Assembly (NCBI GenBank): GCA_029781865.1
Contig: JAKOVW010000093.1
Span: 4,718-68,717, forward strand
Origin: Bacteroidota bacterium
GTDB lineage: Bacteria; Bacteroidota; Bacteroidia; Chitinophagales; Saprospiraceae
Length of the DNA: 64,000 bases
Direction of reading: 5' to 3'
Below, piece by piece: positions 19,196-28,017 of this stretch (position 1 is the stretch's first letter; each line of letters starts with the position of its first letter). The notes beneath the pieces were generated by a model. The model was not told the DNA's origin. It did no database searches and saw nothing but the letters and a program-made list of their open reading frames with translations. A program made the translations under genes and the position numbers.

Positions 19196-19435
19196 TCAAC
19201 ATTCTGAATAATCTGATTTTCATTTTTTTGAATATTTTTAATTAGAAATATTCAGCTGAATGGCTCTTTACTTCTTCAACAAGATCCTTATTTAATCTTT
19301 TGGAAAGTACGAATTGAAAAAACGTGTTCTGAACTATTTCAGTCTTCGAATTCAATAATTAGTACAGGAATTTTCAAACCGCTTTGAACTAATTTCTCAA
19401 TTTATTATTGCATGTCTCTTCATTCATCATTCGCC

Positions 19436-20419
19436 TCACTCTTCCTCATCTTTCCTTCTCCTCCCCTGATCACTTTTCTCATAAGCCTTTAAAATATCTT
19501 TGACCAGTCTGTGACGAACGACATCTTCGTGAGTTAAATAGATAGTGGCTATTCCATGTATGTTTTGCAACATTTTTGTTGCCGGTCTTAATCCTGAAAT
19601 GAGATTATAGGGCAAATCAATTTGGGATAAGTCTCCGGTAATGATGCATTTTGCGTAAGGGCCCAAACGCGTAAGAAACATTTTTATTTGTAGTGGTGTG
19701 CAGTTTTGTGCCTCATCAAGTATGATGAATGCATGGTCTAGGGTGCGGCCTCTCATAAAAGCAAGTGGAGCGATTTCAATAACCCGGTTTAACATGAATT
19801 GCTGAAGCCGTTCGGCGGGTATCATATCGTCTAAGGCATCGTACAAAGGCCGTAAATACGGATCGATCTTTTCTTTAAGATCGCCAGGTAAAAAACCAAG
19901 ACTTTCACCAGCTTCTACTGCAGGCCTGGTAAGTATAATTTTTTTAACTTCCTTATTCTTTAAAGCGCGCACTGCAATTGCAACTGCGGTATATGTTTTA
20001 CCGGTACCGGCAGGACCTATTGCAAAGACTACATCGTTTTGGCTGCTTGCATCGACCAGTAACTGTTGATTTCTGGTTTTTGCATAAATGACTTTACCAT
20101 CTCTTCCATGCACCAGCACAACTTTACTTTCATTCGGCGGAACGTGGGCCTGATACGGATTTTCACCGAGTAATAGCTCTTCTACCGTTTGCAGGCTCAG
20201 CTCTTTTCGCTCCCGCAATAATTTAACCATGGTTTCTACTGTTTCCTTAACAGATTGGGTATCCTTTTTTTTGCCGGTTATTTTCAACAAGGACCCACGG
20301 GAAGTAATAACAGTGTCAGGATAAGATTTTCGAATTAGATTTAGCTTATTGTTGTTTTCTCCAAACAGGGCTACCGGATCGACATTCTCAACGGTAAGGA
20401 TGATTTCACTTTGTGACAA
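19436..20419 (-). CDS. phoH: PhoH-family ATPase
   Basis: Walker A GPAGTGKTY, Walker B FIILDEAQN and PhoH-like C-terminal blocks (TGDLSQIDLP). Confidence 0.9.
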   Translation of the reverse strand: MSQSEIILTVENVDPVALFGENNNKLNLIRKSYPDTVITSRGSLLKITGKKKDTQSVKETVETMVKLLRERKELSLQTVEELLLGENPYQAHVPPNESKVVLVHGRDGKVIYAKTRNQQLLVDASSQNDVVFAIGPAGTGKTYTAVAIAVRALKNKEVKKIILTRPAVEAGESLGFLPGDLKEKIDPYLRPLYDALDDMIPAERLQQFMLNRVIEIAPLAFMRGRTLDHAFIILDEAQNCTPLQIKMFLTRLGPYAKCIITGDLSQIDLPYNLISGLRPATKMLQNIHGIATIYLTHEDVVRHRLVKDILKAYEKSDQGRRRKDEEE

Positions 20420-20560
20420 ATAGTTTAAATTTTAACGTTTTGGAATAATTTAATACAAAACTAAGTTTTTTACATCAATTTTGCAACAGATCCTTAATGT
20501 TTATGTGAAATTTTTATACTTATTATTTTACATGAAACATTAAATTAATTACAACTTAAC

Positions 20561-20863
20561 ATGATCACTCGAATTGTAAAAATGAGCTTTAAAAAACAAG
20601 AAATAGACTCATTTTTAAAAATATTTCACGAAAGTCAGTCGCTTATTAATGCGTTTGATGGTTGCATAGATGTCAATCTATTTCAGGACAAACAGGATCC
20701 GCGAATTTTGTTTACGATATCCCATTGGAAATCATCAGATCATTTAGACCAATACAGAAAATCAGAATTATTTAAAACGACCTGGGCGAGAACAAAAGTA
20801 CTGTTTGATGCAAAGCCGGAAGCGTGGAGCCTGAGTGAAGTGAAGAGTGAAGAAAGTCTATAG
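20561..20863 (+). CDS. Antibiotic-biosynthesis-monooxygenase (ABM) domain protein
   Basis: 100 aa with a ferredoxin-like ABM pattern (..FTISHWKSSDHLDQYRKSELF..). Confidence 0.55.
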   Translation: MITRIVKMSFKKQEIDSFLKIFHESQSLINAFDGCIDVNLFQDKQDPRILFTISHWKSSDHLDQYRKSELFKTTWARTKVLFDAKPEAWSLSEVKSEESL

Positions 20864-21054
20864 TGAGGAAGACTAGAAGAAAGTCTTTAGGGAATAAGTC
20901 TATAGTCTATAGTCCTTAGTCAAAAGGATTTTAATCATAAATTTATTTTGTGTAGATACTACAGACTTCTTCCCTACAGACTATAGACTTCTTATAAATA
21001 CCTACAGACTTCTTCCCTACAGACTAATAGACTATAGTCTATAGACTACTTATC
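20864..21054. repeat. Intergenic cluster of direct and inverted repeats built on AGTCTnTAG / CTAnAGACT words
   Basis: A 25-nt direct repeat CTACAGACTTCTTCCCTACAGACTA occurs at 20959-20983 and 21002-21026. An inverted, diverged copy (AGTCTTTAGGGAATAAGTCTATAG) sits near 20890-20915. TCTATAG/CTATAGA words flank both ends. The cluster fills the whole convergent gap between the ABM gene and fabG. Confidence 0.8.
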
Positions 21055-21801
21055 CTACATATTCAAACCTCCGCATACACTAATAACTTGTCCGGTAACA
21101 TAACTCGATTGATCTGAAGCGAGAAATGAAACGACATCAGCTACTTCATCACCTTTAGCCATTCTTCCCAGCGGAATGCTTTTCAGAAATGCTTCTTTGG
21201 TTTTATCATCCAGTACGTGTGTCATTTCCGTTTCAATAAAACCGGGGGCAATGGCATTGCAACGGATATTTCTTGATGCAAGTTCTTTGGCCATGGATTT
21301 TGTAAATCCAATCATTCCTGCTTTAGATGCAGCGTAGTTAGATTGGCCTGCATTGCCAAACATGCCCACCACTGAAGATATATTAATGATCGAACCCGAT
21401 CTGGTCTTCATCATTTGTTTGGCCACGTGCTTTGTGAGATTAAAACAAGATTTTAAATTAGTAGTTATGACCTGGTCCCATTGCTCTTCTGTCATACGCA
21501 AAATCAAATTGTCCTTAGTGATCCCCGCATTGTTTACCAATATATCCAAACCTCCGAAATCTGTCACCACCAGTTGTATCAATTGCTCGGATTCTGCAAA
21601 TACCGCTGCATTCGAATGATACGCGCGTGCATTCACACCATACGATTTGCATCTTTCCACTACTTCCTGCGCTTTGTCCGGAGATGACAAGTAAGTTAAT
21701 GCAATATGGGCACCATTCTTTGCTAATTTTTCAGCAATTGCGGCACCAATGCCACGGCTTCCTCCCGTTACTAATGCTATTTTTCCGGTTACTTTACACA
21801 T
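21055..21801 (-). CDS. fabG: 3-oxoacyl-[acyl-carrier-protein] reductase
   Basis: Classical SDR with TGGSRGIG, NNAG and YAASK motifs; length and blocks typical of FabG. Confidence 0.85.
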   Translation of the reverse strand: MCKVTGKIALVTGGSRGIGAAIAEKLAKNGAHIALTYLSSPDKAQEVVERCKSYGVNARAYHSNAAVFAESEQLIQLVVTDFGGLDILVNNAGITKDNLILRMTEEQWDQVITTNLKSCFNLTKHVAKQMMKTRSGSIINISSVVGMFGNAGQSNYAASKAGMIGFTKSMAKELASRNIRCNAIAPGFIETEMTHVLDDKTKEAFLKSIPLGRMAKGDEVADVVSFLASDQSSYVTGQVISVCGGLNM

Positions 21802-21833
21802 ACATTAAATTTTTGTAAAAATAGGAATAAGTA

Positions 21834-21889
21834 AGGAGTTGGAGGTTAGGAGTTAAGAGTTAGGAGTTAAGAGTTAGGGGTTAGGGGTT
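21834..21889. repeat. Heptamer tandem array, 8 units of RRGRGTT (AGGAGTT GGAGGTT AGGAGTT AAGAGTT AGGAGTT AAGAGTT AGGGGTT AGGGGTT)
   Basis: Read directly. Lies between the anmK stop and the fabG start; the last units overlap the anmK stop codon and its final codons (..GPNP*). Confidence 0.85.
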
Positions 21890-22987
21890 GGGACCATAAT
21901 AAACATCTCCGCTGGAATGATCCCTGCTTGCACCGGTTATGGCTGCCAGTATGTTGTTTTCATTTCTCCATCGCAATAAACCCAACAATGCAAATACAAT
22001 TGCTTCTTTGAAATCAATGATACCTTTATCCGGCAAAACTATACTACATGATTCTGCTACAGATTCCTGCAATTGTTTCATCAGATAAATATTATGAGCA
22101 CCACCACCGGTACATAATATCGTATAATTGGTTTGTATTGAATTTTCCTTATTTATAATTGCTCTTACAAAAGTTGAAATCTGGTGGACGATATGGAAGA
22201 CAGCAGTTGCCAATAAATCATTAGCGGAATGCGATTCCTGTTGGATGTCATCGAGAAAATTGCTTTCAAACCATTCACGGCCAAGGCTTTTAGGTGCCTC
22301 CAGTTTATAAAACGAAAGTTGATTCCATTTTTCCAATAATGTTGGTGAAATCTTTCCTTGTCTCGCCAGGTTGCCATCTTCATCGAATCCGACACCTAAT
22401 TTTTTGCAAATTTCATTCAATAAAATATTGCAAGGGCCAATATCACAAGCCAATCGTTTTCCATTCATTTTCCAGGAAATATTGGAGAAGCCCCCCAGGT
22501 TTAAACAGAAATCATATTCAGAAAAAAGAAGCTCGTCTCCAACAGGCACCAAAGGAGCACCCTGGCCTCCCAATGCAACATCCTGTGCTCTGAAATTATT
22601 GATTACAGGCAACTGTGTGAGCTCATGTATTTTTATACCGGAACCAATCTGCAAGGTATATTTTTCTGATGGTTTATGGAAAATAGTATGTCCATGTGAA
22701 GAAACCAGATCAGGAACGATGTGATACTGATTGATGAACTGTAATACGGAATTGCCAATCCAGACTCCATATTCTTCATCCAATCTTTTCAACTCTTCTG
22801 CACCGGAATGAAATGCATCAGATAATTTTTGTTTCCATTCTTGTGAGTACGGAATCGTCGTACTTTGTATTAATTCAAATTCTATATTTTTATTAACCTT
22901 AAATCTTACATAAGCAATATCCAGACCATCCAAGGAAGTGCCGGACATTAATCCGATAACATTTACCAAAGAATCATTCGCTAACAT
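21881..22987 (-). CDS. anmK: Anhydro-N-acetylmuramic acid kinase
   Basis: 368 aa with GLMSGTSLDGLDIA at the N-terminus and LCTGGGAHN near the C-terminus, typical of AnmK. Confidence 0.85.
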   Translation of the reverse strand: MLANDSLVNVIGLMSGTSLDGLDIAYVRFKVNKNIEFELIQSTTIPYSQEWKQKLSDAFHSGAEELKRLDEEYGVWIGNSVLQFINQYHIVPDLVSSHGHTIFHKPSEKYTLQIGSGIKIHELTQLPVINNFRAQDVALGGQGAPLVPVGDELLFSEYDFCLNLGGFSNISWKMNGKRLACDIGPCNILLNEICKKLGVGFDEDGNLARQGKISPTLLEKWNQLSFYKLEAPKSLGREWFESNFLDDIQQESHSANDLLATAVFHIVHQISTFVRAIINKENSIQTNYTILCTGGGAHNIYLMKQLQESVAESCSIVLPDKGIIDFKEAIVFALLGLLRWRNENNILAAITGASRDHSSGDVYYGPNP

Positions 22988-22993
22988 GACTTA

Positions 22994-23818
22994 TTAATAA
23001 ATGGCCATATCAAATAACTTCCTGTATTCCCTGGTCAACGGATGCTGATTACCTAAAAAATGAAATATAGCGATTCCAACCCTCCTTGCCATTTCATTTT
23101 TGAATTTTGGATTCAGGTTGATTGCTTCAATAATATTTTCAATTGACTTTGCAGTATTACCCTGCAATAACAGATTCCTTGCATGGAGAAGCAATTCAGC
23201 CGATTTTTCGGTTTCGTTAAATTTTGCTTTTTCAAATTCCTTAATCACTTCCATATCTTCAAGTTGCTCAGCAATGTCTTTCCGGTCTTTCGCATGAATT
23301 AACCGCGCAACAGCAGATTCAGAATCATAAAATACTTCGTGTTTTGCCAATGTGAGTATTGCTTTATCATGTTCCGGATTTCCGGAAACAAATAATTTCA
23401 ATCGTTCCACTAAAACAGGATCAGGAAACACCGAACTTTCTGCTACCAGCAAATCAAAGTCATCAATTTGCGCTTCTACAAATTCGGGTAAATCCAATTG
23501 TTTGAACAAGTCATCCAGCCATTTTTTCACGACTGCTTTTGATTGTGCTCCGGAAAATTCTCCTGCCAACTTGCCTTCATAAACTAATTTGCAATTCGGT
23601 ATGCTTTGTATTTTAAAATACGCTGCAATTTCCTGTTCGACTTCTGTATTGATTTTTACCAAAGCCCATTGTCCTTTGGCTTCTTTTTCCAATTCTTCCA
23701 AAACAGGTCCAAGGATTTTACATGGTCCGCACCATGGAGCCCAAAAGTCGATCAACACTGGCTTTTCAAAACTCAGGTCAACAACATCGCGCTTAAAGTC
23801 AAAAATAGCTTCTTCCAT
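22994..23818 (-). CDS. Thioredoxin-domain protein with TPR-like C-terminal domain (YbbN/CnoX-like)
   Basis: N-terminal thioredoxin fold with WAPWCGPCK, followed by a helical C-terminal domain. Confidence 0.75.
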   Translation of the reverse strand: MEEAIFDFKRDVVDLSFEKPVLIDFWAPWCGPCKILGPVLEELEKEAKGQWALVKINTEVEQEIAAYFKIQSIPNCKLVYEGKLAGEFSGAQSKAVVKKWLDDLFKQLDLPEFVEAQIDDFDLLVAESSVFPDPVLVERLKLFVSGNPEHDKAILTLAKHEVFYDSESAVARLIHAKDRKDIAEQLEDMEVIKEFEKAKFNETEKSAELLLHARNLLLQGNTAKSIENIIEAINLNPKFKNEMARRVGIAIFHFLGNQHPLTREYRKLFDMAIY

Positions 23819-23896
23819 GAAAATCGTTTTTGAAGGAACAAAAATAAAGAATGAAGGTTTGTTACATCACAATACCGGAAACGGAAACATTTACTC

Positions 23897-24859
23897 TTAG
23901 TAAATCACACTATTCACCAGATATTGCCTGACATATTCCTGTACAGCATCATCAAATGGGTGAAATGGATTTGCATAACCGGTTGTTTTTAATTTATTCA
24001 TATCCGCACAGGTATAATTCTGATAGGAAGCATTCAGATCTTCAGGCATGGAAATAAATTCAATATCAGGATTTTTGCTCATGGCAGAAAACACATTGTG
24101 GACTAATCTCAAAAATGTATTTGCTTCTCCTGATCCCAAATTGTATATGCCATTAGTTACTTTGTTCTGGTAAAAAAAATACAACACATCAAGCAAATCC
24201 ATTACATAAATAAAATCTCTGCGTTGTTCTCCATCCCTGAAACCCGGATCATTGGATTTAAATAATCTTACCTTGCCGGTTGTGCGTATTTGATTATACG
24301 CATGCATGATCACGGAAGCCATCCGGCCTTTGTGGTATTCATTAGGTCCATACACATTAAAAAACTTAAATCCGGCCCATCGATCCGGAGTAGTCTGTTG
24401 TTCCAATACCCATACATCCATTTTCTGCTTGGACCATCCATATGGATTCATTGGTTTTAATTTGGGAATTATTGAATGATCATCAGAATATCCCAAAGCA
24501 CCATTGCCATAAGTCGCTGCGCTCGATGCATAAATCAAGGGAATGTTGTATTCCGAACAAATTTTCCAAACCGACTTGGAATAGTTTACATTTAATCTAT
24601 CAAATAACTCTTCACTTCGCTCTGCTGTATCTGTACGCGCACCGATGTGAAAAATGAATTCAGGTTCTTTTGGATTTTTAGAAAACCAATCCAGAAATAA
24701 ATCCCGGTCAATATACGACCTGATCTTTTTTCCTTTGAGATTCGGATGATGCTCCTTTGATTTTTCATCCACAGCAATGATATCATCATGTCCTTTCTTG
24801 TTCAGGTAGGATACTAAACAAGATCCGATAAATCCTCCTGCTCCGGTTACAACGATCAT
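23897..24859 (-). CDS. hldD: ADP-L-glycero-D-manno-heptose 6-epimerase
   Basis: MIVVTGAGGFIGS, YASSAATYG, NPYGWSK and FFNVYGPNEYHKGRMASV closely track E. coli HldD blocks as I remember them. Confidence 0.8.
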   Translation of the reverse strand: MIVVTGAGGFIGSCLVSYLNKKGHDDIIAVDEKSKEHHPNLKGKKIRSYIDRDLFLDWFSKNPKEPEFIFHIGARTDTAERSEELFDRLNVNYSKSVWKICSEYNIPLIYASSAATYGNGALGYSDDHSIIPKLKPMNPYGWSKQKMDVWVLEQQTTPDRWAGFKFFNVYGPNEYHKGRMASVIMHAYNQIRTTGKVRLFKSNDPGFRDGEQRRDFIYVMDLLDVLYFFYQNKVTNGIYNLGSGEANTFLRLVHNVFSAMSKNPDIEFISMPEDLNASYQNYTCADMNKLKTTGYANPFHPFDDAVQEYVRQYLVNSVIY

Positions 24860-24870
24860 GGCTGGTTACT

Positions 24871-24919
24871 AATGGTTAGTAGTTAATAGTTAGTAGTTAG
24901 TAGTTAGTAGTTAGTAGTT
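24871..24919. repeat. Heptamer tandem array, 7 units (AATGGTT AGTAGTT AATAGTT AGTAGTT x4)
   Basis: Read directly; begins 12 nt upstream of the hldD start codon on the minus strand. Confidence 0.9.
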
Positions 24920-24929
24920 AATTTAAAAA

Positions 24930-24992
24930 TACCAATTCACAATCAAACATTAGTAATCAGTAATTAGTAATTAGTAATTATCAATCAGTAAT
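24930..24992. repeat. Heptamer tandem array, 9 units ending in AAT/CAT (TACCAAT TCACAAT CAAACAT TAGTAAT CAGTAAT TAGTAAT TAGTAAT TATCAAT CAGTAAT)
   Basis: Read directly; lies just downstream of the gcvP stop at 25002. Same unit family as 2432-2459. Confidence 0.85.
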
Positions 24993-25001
24993 TAGAATCC
25001 C

Positions 25002-27875
25002 CTACATATATTCTTCAATCGGCGGACAAACGCAGATGAGATTGCGATCGCCATAGGCATTGTTTACTCTGCTTACACTTGGCCAGAATTTTCCTTCATG
25101 TTTTAAATAAGGCAAAGGATACGCTGCTTTCTCACGGGAATAAGGCAGATCCCAATCATTCTGTGTGATAACAGCAAGTGTATGCGGTGCATGGTGAAGC
25201 ACATTATTGTCTGCAGGATAGGTCCCCATAGCAACTTCCTGAATTTCACCATGTATATTTAACAATGCATCGCAAAAGCGATCCAGTTCTTCTTTGTTTT
25301 CAGATTCTGTAGGTTCGATCATGATTGTTCCTGCAACCGGAAATGAAAGCGTTGGCGCATGAAATCCATAATCCATCAATCGTTTGGCAACATCTTCAGC
25401 ACTCACGCCAATTTCTTTAAAAGGCCTTAAGTCTAAAATTAATTCATGGGCCACGCGACCTTTGGCTCCGGTATACAATACTTTGTATTTTTCACTCAAC
25501 CTTGTTGCCATATAGTTTGCATTCAAAATAGCATGCTCTGAAGATCGTCTCATGCCATCCGGTCCAAGCATGCGGATATATGCATAAGAAATCAACAGGA
25601 TACTTGCGCTTCCGTAAGGTGCAGCAGAAACGGGAGGAACCGCATTTGCATTTTCATTAACTGCATAAAATGGATGCGATGGCAAAAACGCTTTCAGTTT
25701 ATCATTCACACAAATCGGGCCCATACCGGGACCTCCACCTCCATGCGGAATAGCAAATGTTTTATGCAGGTTCAGATGACATACATCAGCACCAATAGTA
25801 GCAGGACTGGTGAGACCAACCTGTGCATTCATATTTGCACCATCCATATAAACCAAACCTCCATTGTCATGTACAATCTTACAAATCTCCTGAATCGAAG
25901 TTTCGAATACGCCATGCGTTGATGGATAAGTTACCATTAAACAGGCAAGATGATCTTTATGCTGTTCTGCTCTTGCTTTCAATTCAGCTACAATGATATT
26001 GCCATGATCATCGCAGGGCGTTACCAGAACTTCGTATCCTGCAATTACGGCACTGGCAGGATTGGTGCCATGTGCAGATGATGGAATCAAAGCAATATTT
26101 CGATGTTTATCTCCCCTTGATTCGTGATATGCGCGAATGGTCAAAAGACCTGCAAATTCACCCTGCGCACCGGAATTGGGTTGTAAAGAGCAGGCTGTAA
26201 ATCCGGTAATCTCACACAGATAGCGTTCCAGTTCACTGATCATCTGATGATAACCTTCTGTTTGATTTGCGGGAGCGAATGGATGTATGTTAGCAAACTC
26301 CGGCCAGCTTACCGGAATTAATTCTGTAGCTGCATTCAACTTCATCGTACAAGAACCAAGCGTAATCATCGAATGCACCAAAGAAAGATCTTTGTTTTCA
26401 AGACGTTTGATATAACGCATCATTGCTGACTCTGTATGGTATTTATTGAACACCGGATGCGTCAGGAATTCAGAATACCGCACAAGATGAGTTGGAATAT
26501 TTAATGCAGCCGGTTGATTCAATTTTGTTTCTTTTTTTCCTGCTGCTTTACAAATCAGTTGATTGATCTGAATGAGTTCTTCTTCCGTAATCGTTTCATC
26601 CAAACTGATTTGCAATGATTCATTCGATTCCCAGAAATTATACCCGGTATTGACGGCCAGTGCATGAATGGCTTCACGTAACTTCTGATCCGCTTTAATG
26701 GAAATGGTATCAAAAAAATAATCGCTATGAATGGTAAAACCTTCTTGTTTTAAAGCATTAGCCAATGATGATGTCATATCGTGCACTCTTCTTGCAATGG
26801 CTTTTAATCCATGCGGTCCATGATACACGGCATACATAGAAGCCATTATCGCAAGCAATGCCTGAGCTGTACATATATTCGAAGTCGCTTTTTCACGGCG
26901 TATATGTTGCTCGCGGGTTTGCAATGCCATCCGCAGCGCATGATTTCCCTTTTCATCTATCGACACGCCAATGATCCTGCCTGGAATGACTCGTTTAAAT
27001 TCATCCTTCGTGGCAAAAAACGCAGCATGAGGTCCTCCAAAACCCATAGGAACTCCAAATCGCTGGCTGTTACCAAAAGCTACATCAGCATCTAATTCAC
27101 CCGGACTTTTTAATAAACATAAAGCAAGTAAGTCAGTGGCCATCGCTACTAAACAATTCGCCGCTTTCGCTTTTTTTACGAATTCCTGATAATCATGAAC
27201 GGAACCGGATTTATCCGGATATTGAATCAATACACCGAAACAATTCGCCGGAATCGGATCAGTCTGCCAATTTCCAACGACCAATTCTATTCCCTGGGGC
27301 CAGGCTCTTGATTTCAACACGGCCAGGGTCTGATCATACACAAGGTGATCTATAAAAAACACATTTGGAGATTCCTCCTTATTCTTTTTGGCTTTCTCGT
27401 GATAGAACATCATCATGGTTTCTGCAGCAGCGGTGCCTTCATCCAGTAATGATGCATTGGCAATGGGCAATCCGGTCAGATCGGAAACCATAGTTTGAAA
27501 ATTCAGCAAGGCTTCCAGCCTTCCCTGTGCTATTTCCGCCTGGTATGGAGTGTATTGGGTATACCAACCCGGGTTTTGAAATACATTTCTTAAAATAGCA
27601 GATGGGGTAACGGTGCCAAAATATCCCTGACCAATGAAGCTGCGCATGAGCTGGTTTTTGGAGGCCAGTTCTTTTAACATCCTCAGGTAATCGTATTCGG
27701 ATAATGCCGCAGGTGTATTTAATTCAGCTTTTAACCGGATAATATCGGGTATGGTCTGACGAATTAATTCATCTAAACTAGTAACGCCGGTAGTTTTAAG
27801 CATAGGTCCCAGATCCGGGCCCGTAGTCCCAATATGTCTGGATTCAAAGCGATCGTAACGTGGAAAACAAGTCAT
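25002..27875 (-). CDS. gcvP: Glycine dehydrogenase (aminomethyl-transferring), single-chain P protein
   Basis: 957 aa with FESRHIG at the N-terminus, YTPYQAEIAQGRLE, and the NLHKTFAIPHGGGGPG PLP-lysine block. Confidence 0.95.
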   Translation of the reverse strand: MTCFPRYDRFESRHIGTTGPDLGPMLKTTGVTSLDELIRQTIPDIIRLKAELNTPAALSEYDYLRMLKELASKNQLMRSFIGQGYFGTVTPSAILRNVFQNPGWYTQYTPYQAEIAQGRLEALLNFQTMVSDLTGLPIANASLLDEGTAAAETMMMFYHEKAKKNKEESPNVFFIDHLVYDQTLAVLKSRAWPQGIELVVGNWQTDPIPANCFGVLIQYPDKSGSVHDYQEFVKKAKAANCLVAMATDLLALCLLKSPGELDADVAFGNSQRFGVPMGFGGPHAAFFATKDEFKRVIPGRIIGVSIDEKGNHALRMALQTREQHIRREKATSNICTAQALLAIMASMYAVYHGPHGLKAIARRVHDMTSSLANALKQEGFTIHSDYFFDTISIKADQKLREAIHALAVNTGYNFWESNESLQISLDETITEEELIQINQLICKAAGKKETKLNQPAALNIPTHLVRYSEFLTHPVFNKYHTESAMMRYIKRLENKDLSLVHSMITLGSCTMKLNAATELIPVSWPEFANIHPFAPANQTEGYHQMISELERYLCEITGFTACSLQPNSGAQGEFAGLLTIRAYHESRGDKHRNIALIPSSAHGTNPASAVIAGYEVLVTPCDDHGNIIVAELKARAEQHKDHLACLMVTYPSTHGVFETSIQEICKIVHDNGGLVYMDGANMNAQVGLTSPATIGADVCHLNLHKTFAIPHGGGGPGMGPICVNDKLKAFLPSHPFYAVNENANAVPPVSAAPYGSASILLISYAYIRMLGPDGMRRSSEHAILNANYMATRLSEKYKVLYTGAKGRVAHELILDLRPFKEIGVSAEDVAKRLMDYGFHAPTLSFPVAGTIMIEPTESENKEELDRFCDALLNIHGEIQEVAMGTYPADNNVLHHAPHTLAVITQNDWDLPYSREKAAYPLPYLKHEGKFWPSVSRVNNAYGDRNLICVCPPIEEYM

Positions 27876-28017
27876 GGGTTTTAAAAATTTAGTCAGATAA
27901 TTTAGTCCAATAAAATAATCCGATAATCAGGACCAAATTACCGGACCGCAAAAATAGGATGGAAAAGAAGGTTTATTGCTACTATTTTTACTTTAAACAG
28001 GGCAATTTTTTTCTGAT

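Noticed and set aside
19228-19255. AT-only hairpin GAATATTT-n8-AAATATTC between the DUF937 gene and phoH, considered as a bidirectional terminator
   Set aside because: The stem is 8-9 bp of pure A/T, so predicted stability is low. It was not listed as a feature, though Term-seq could revive it.
21862-21889. Telomere-like / G-quadruplex reading of GTTAGGGGTTAGGGGTTGGG
   Set aside because: Only three G-runs of 3 or more are present, so there is no canonical four-run G4. This is internal bacterial chromosomal sequence, and it is better described as part of the heptamer array.
24871-24992. Repeat arrays considered as a CRISPR array
   Set aside because: The units are 7 nt with no spacers, no cas genes are present, and CRISPR repeats are 24-48 nt separated by unique spacers.
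27876-28017. Possible glycine riboswitch upstream of gcvP
   Set aside because: The 142-nt leader read on the minus strand lacks the conserved GGAGAG...CACCG/CTCTGGAGAG-type glycine aptamer cores.
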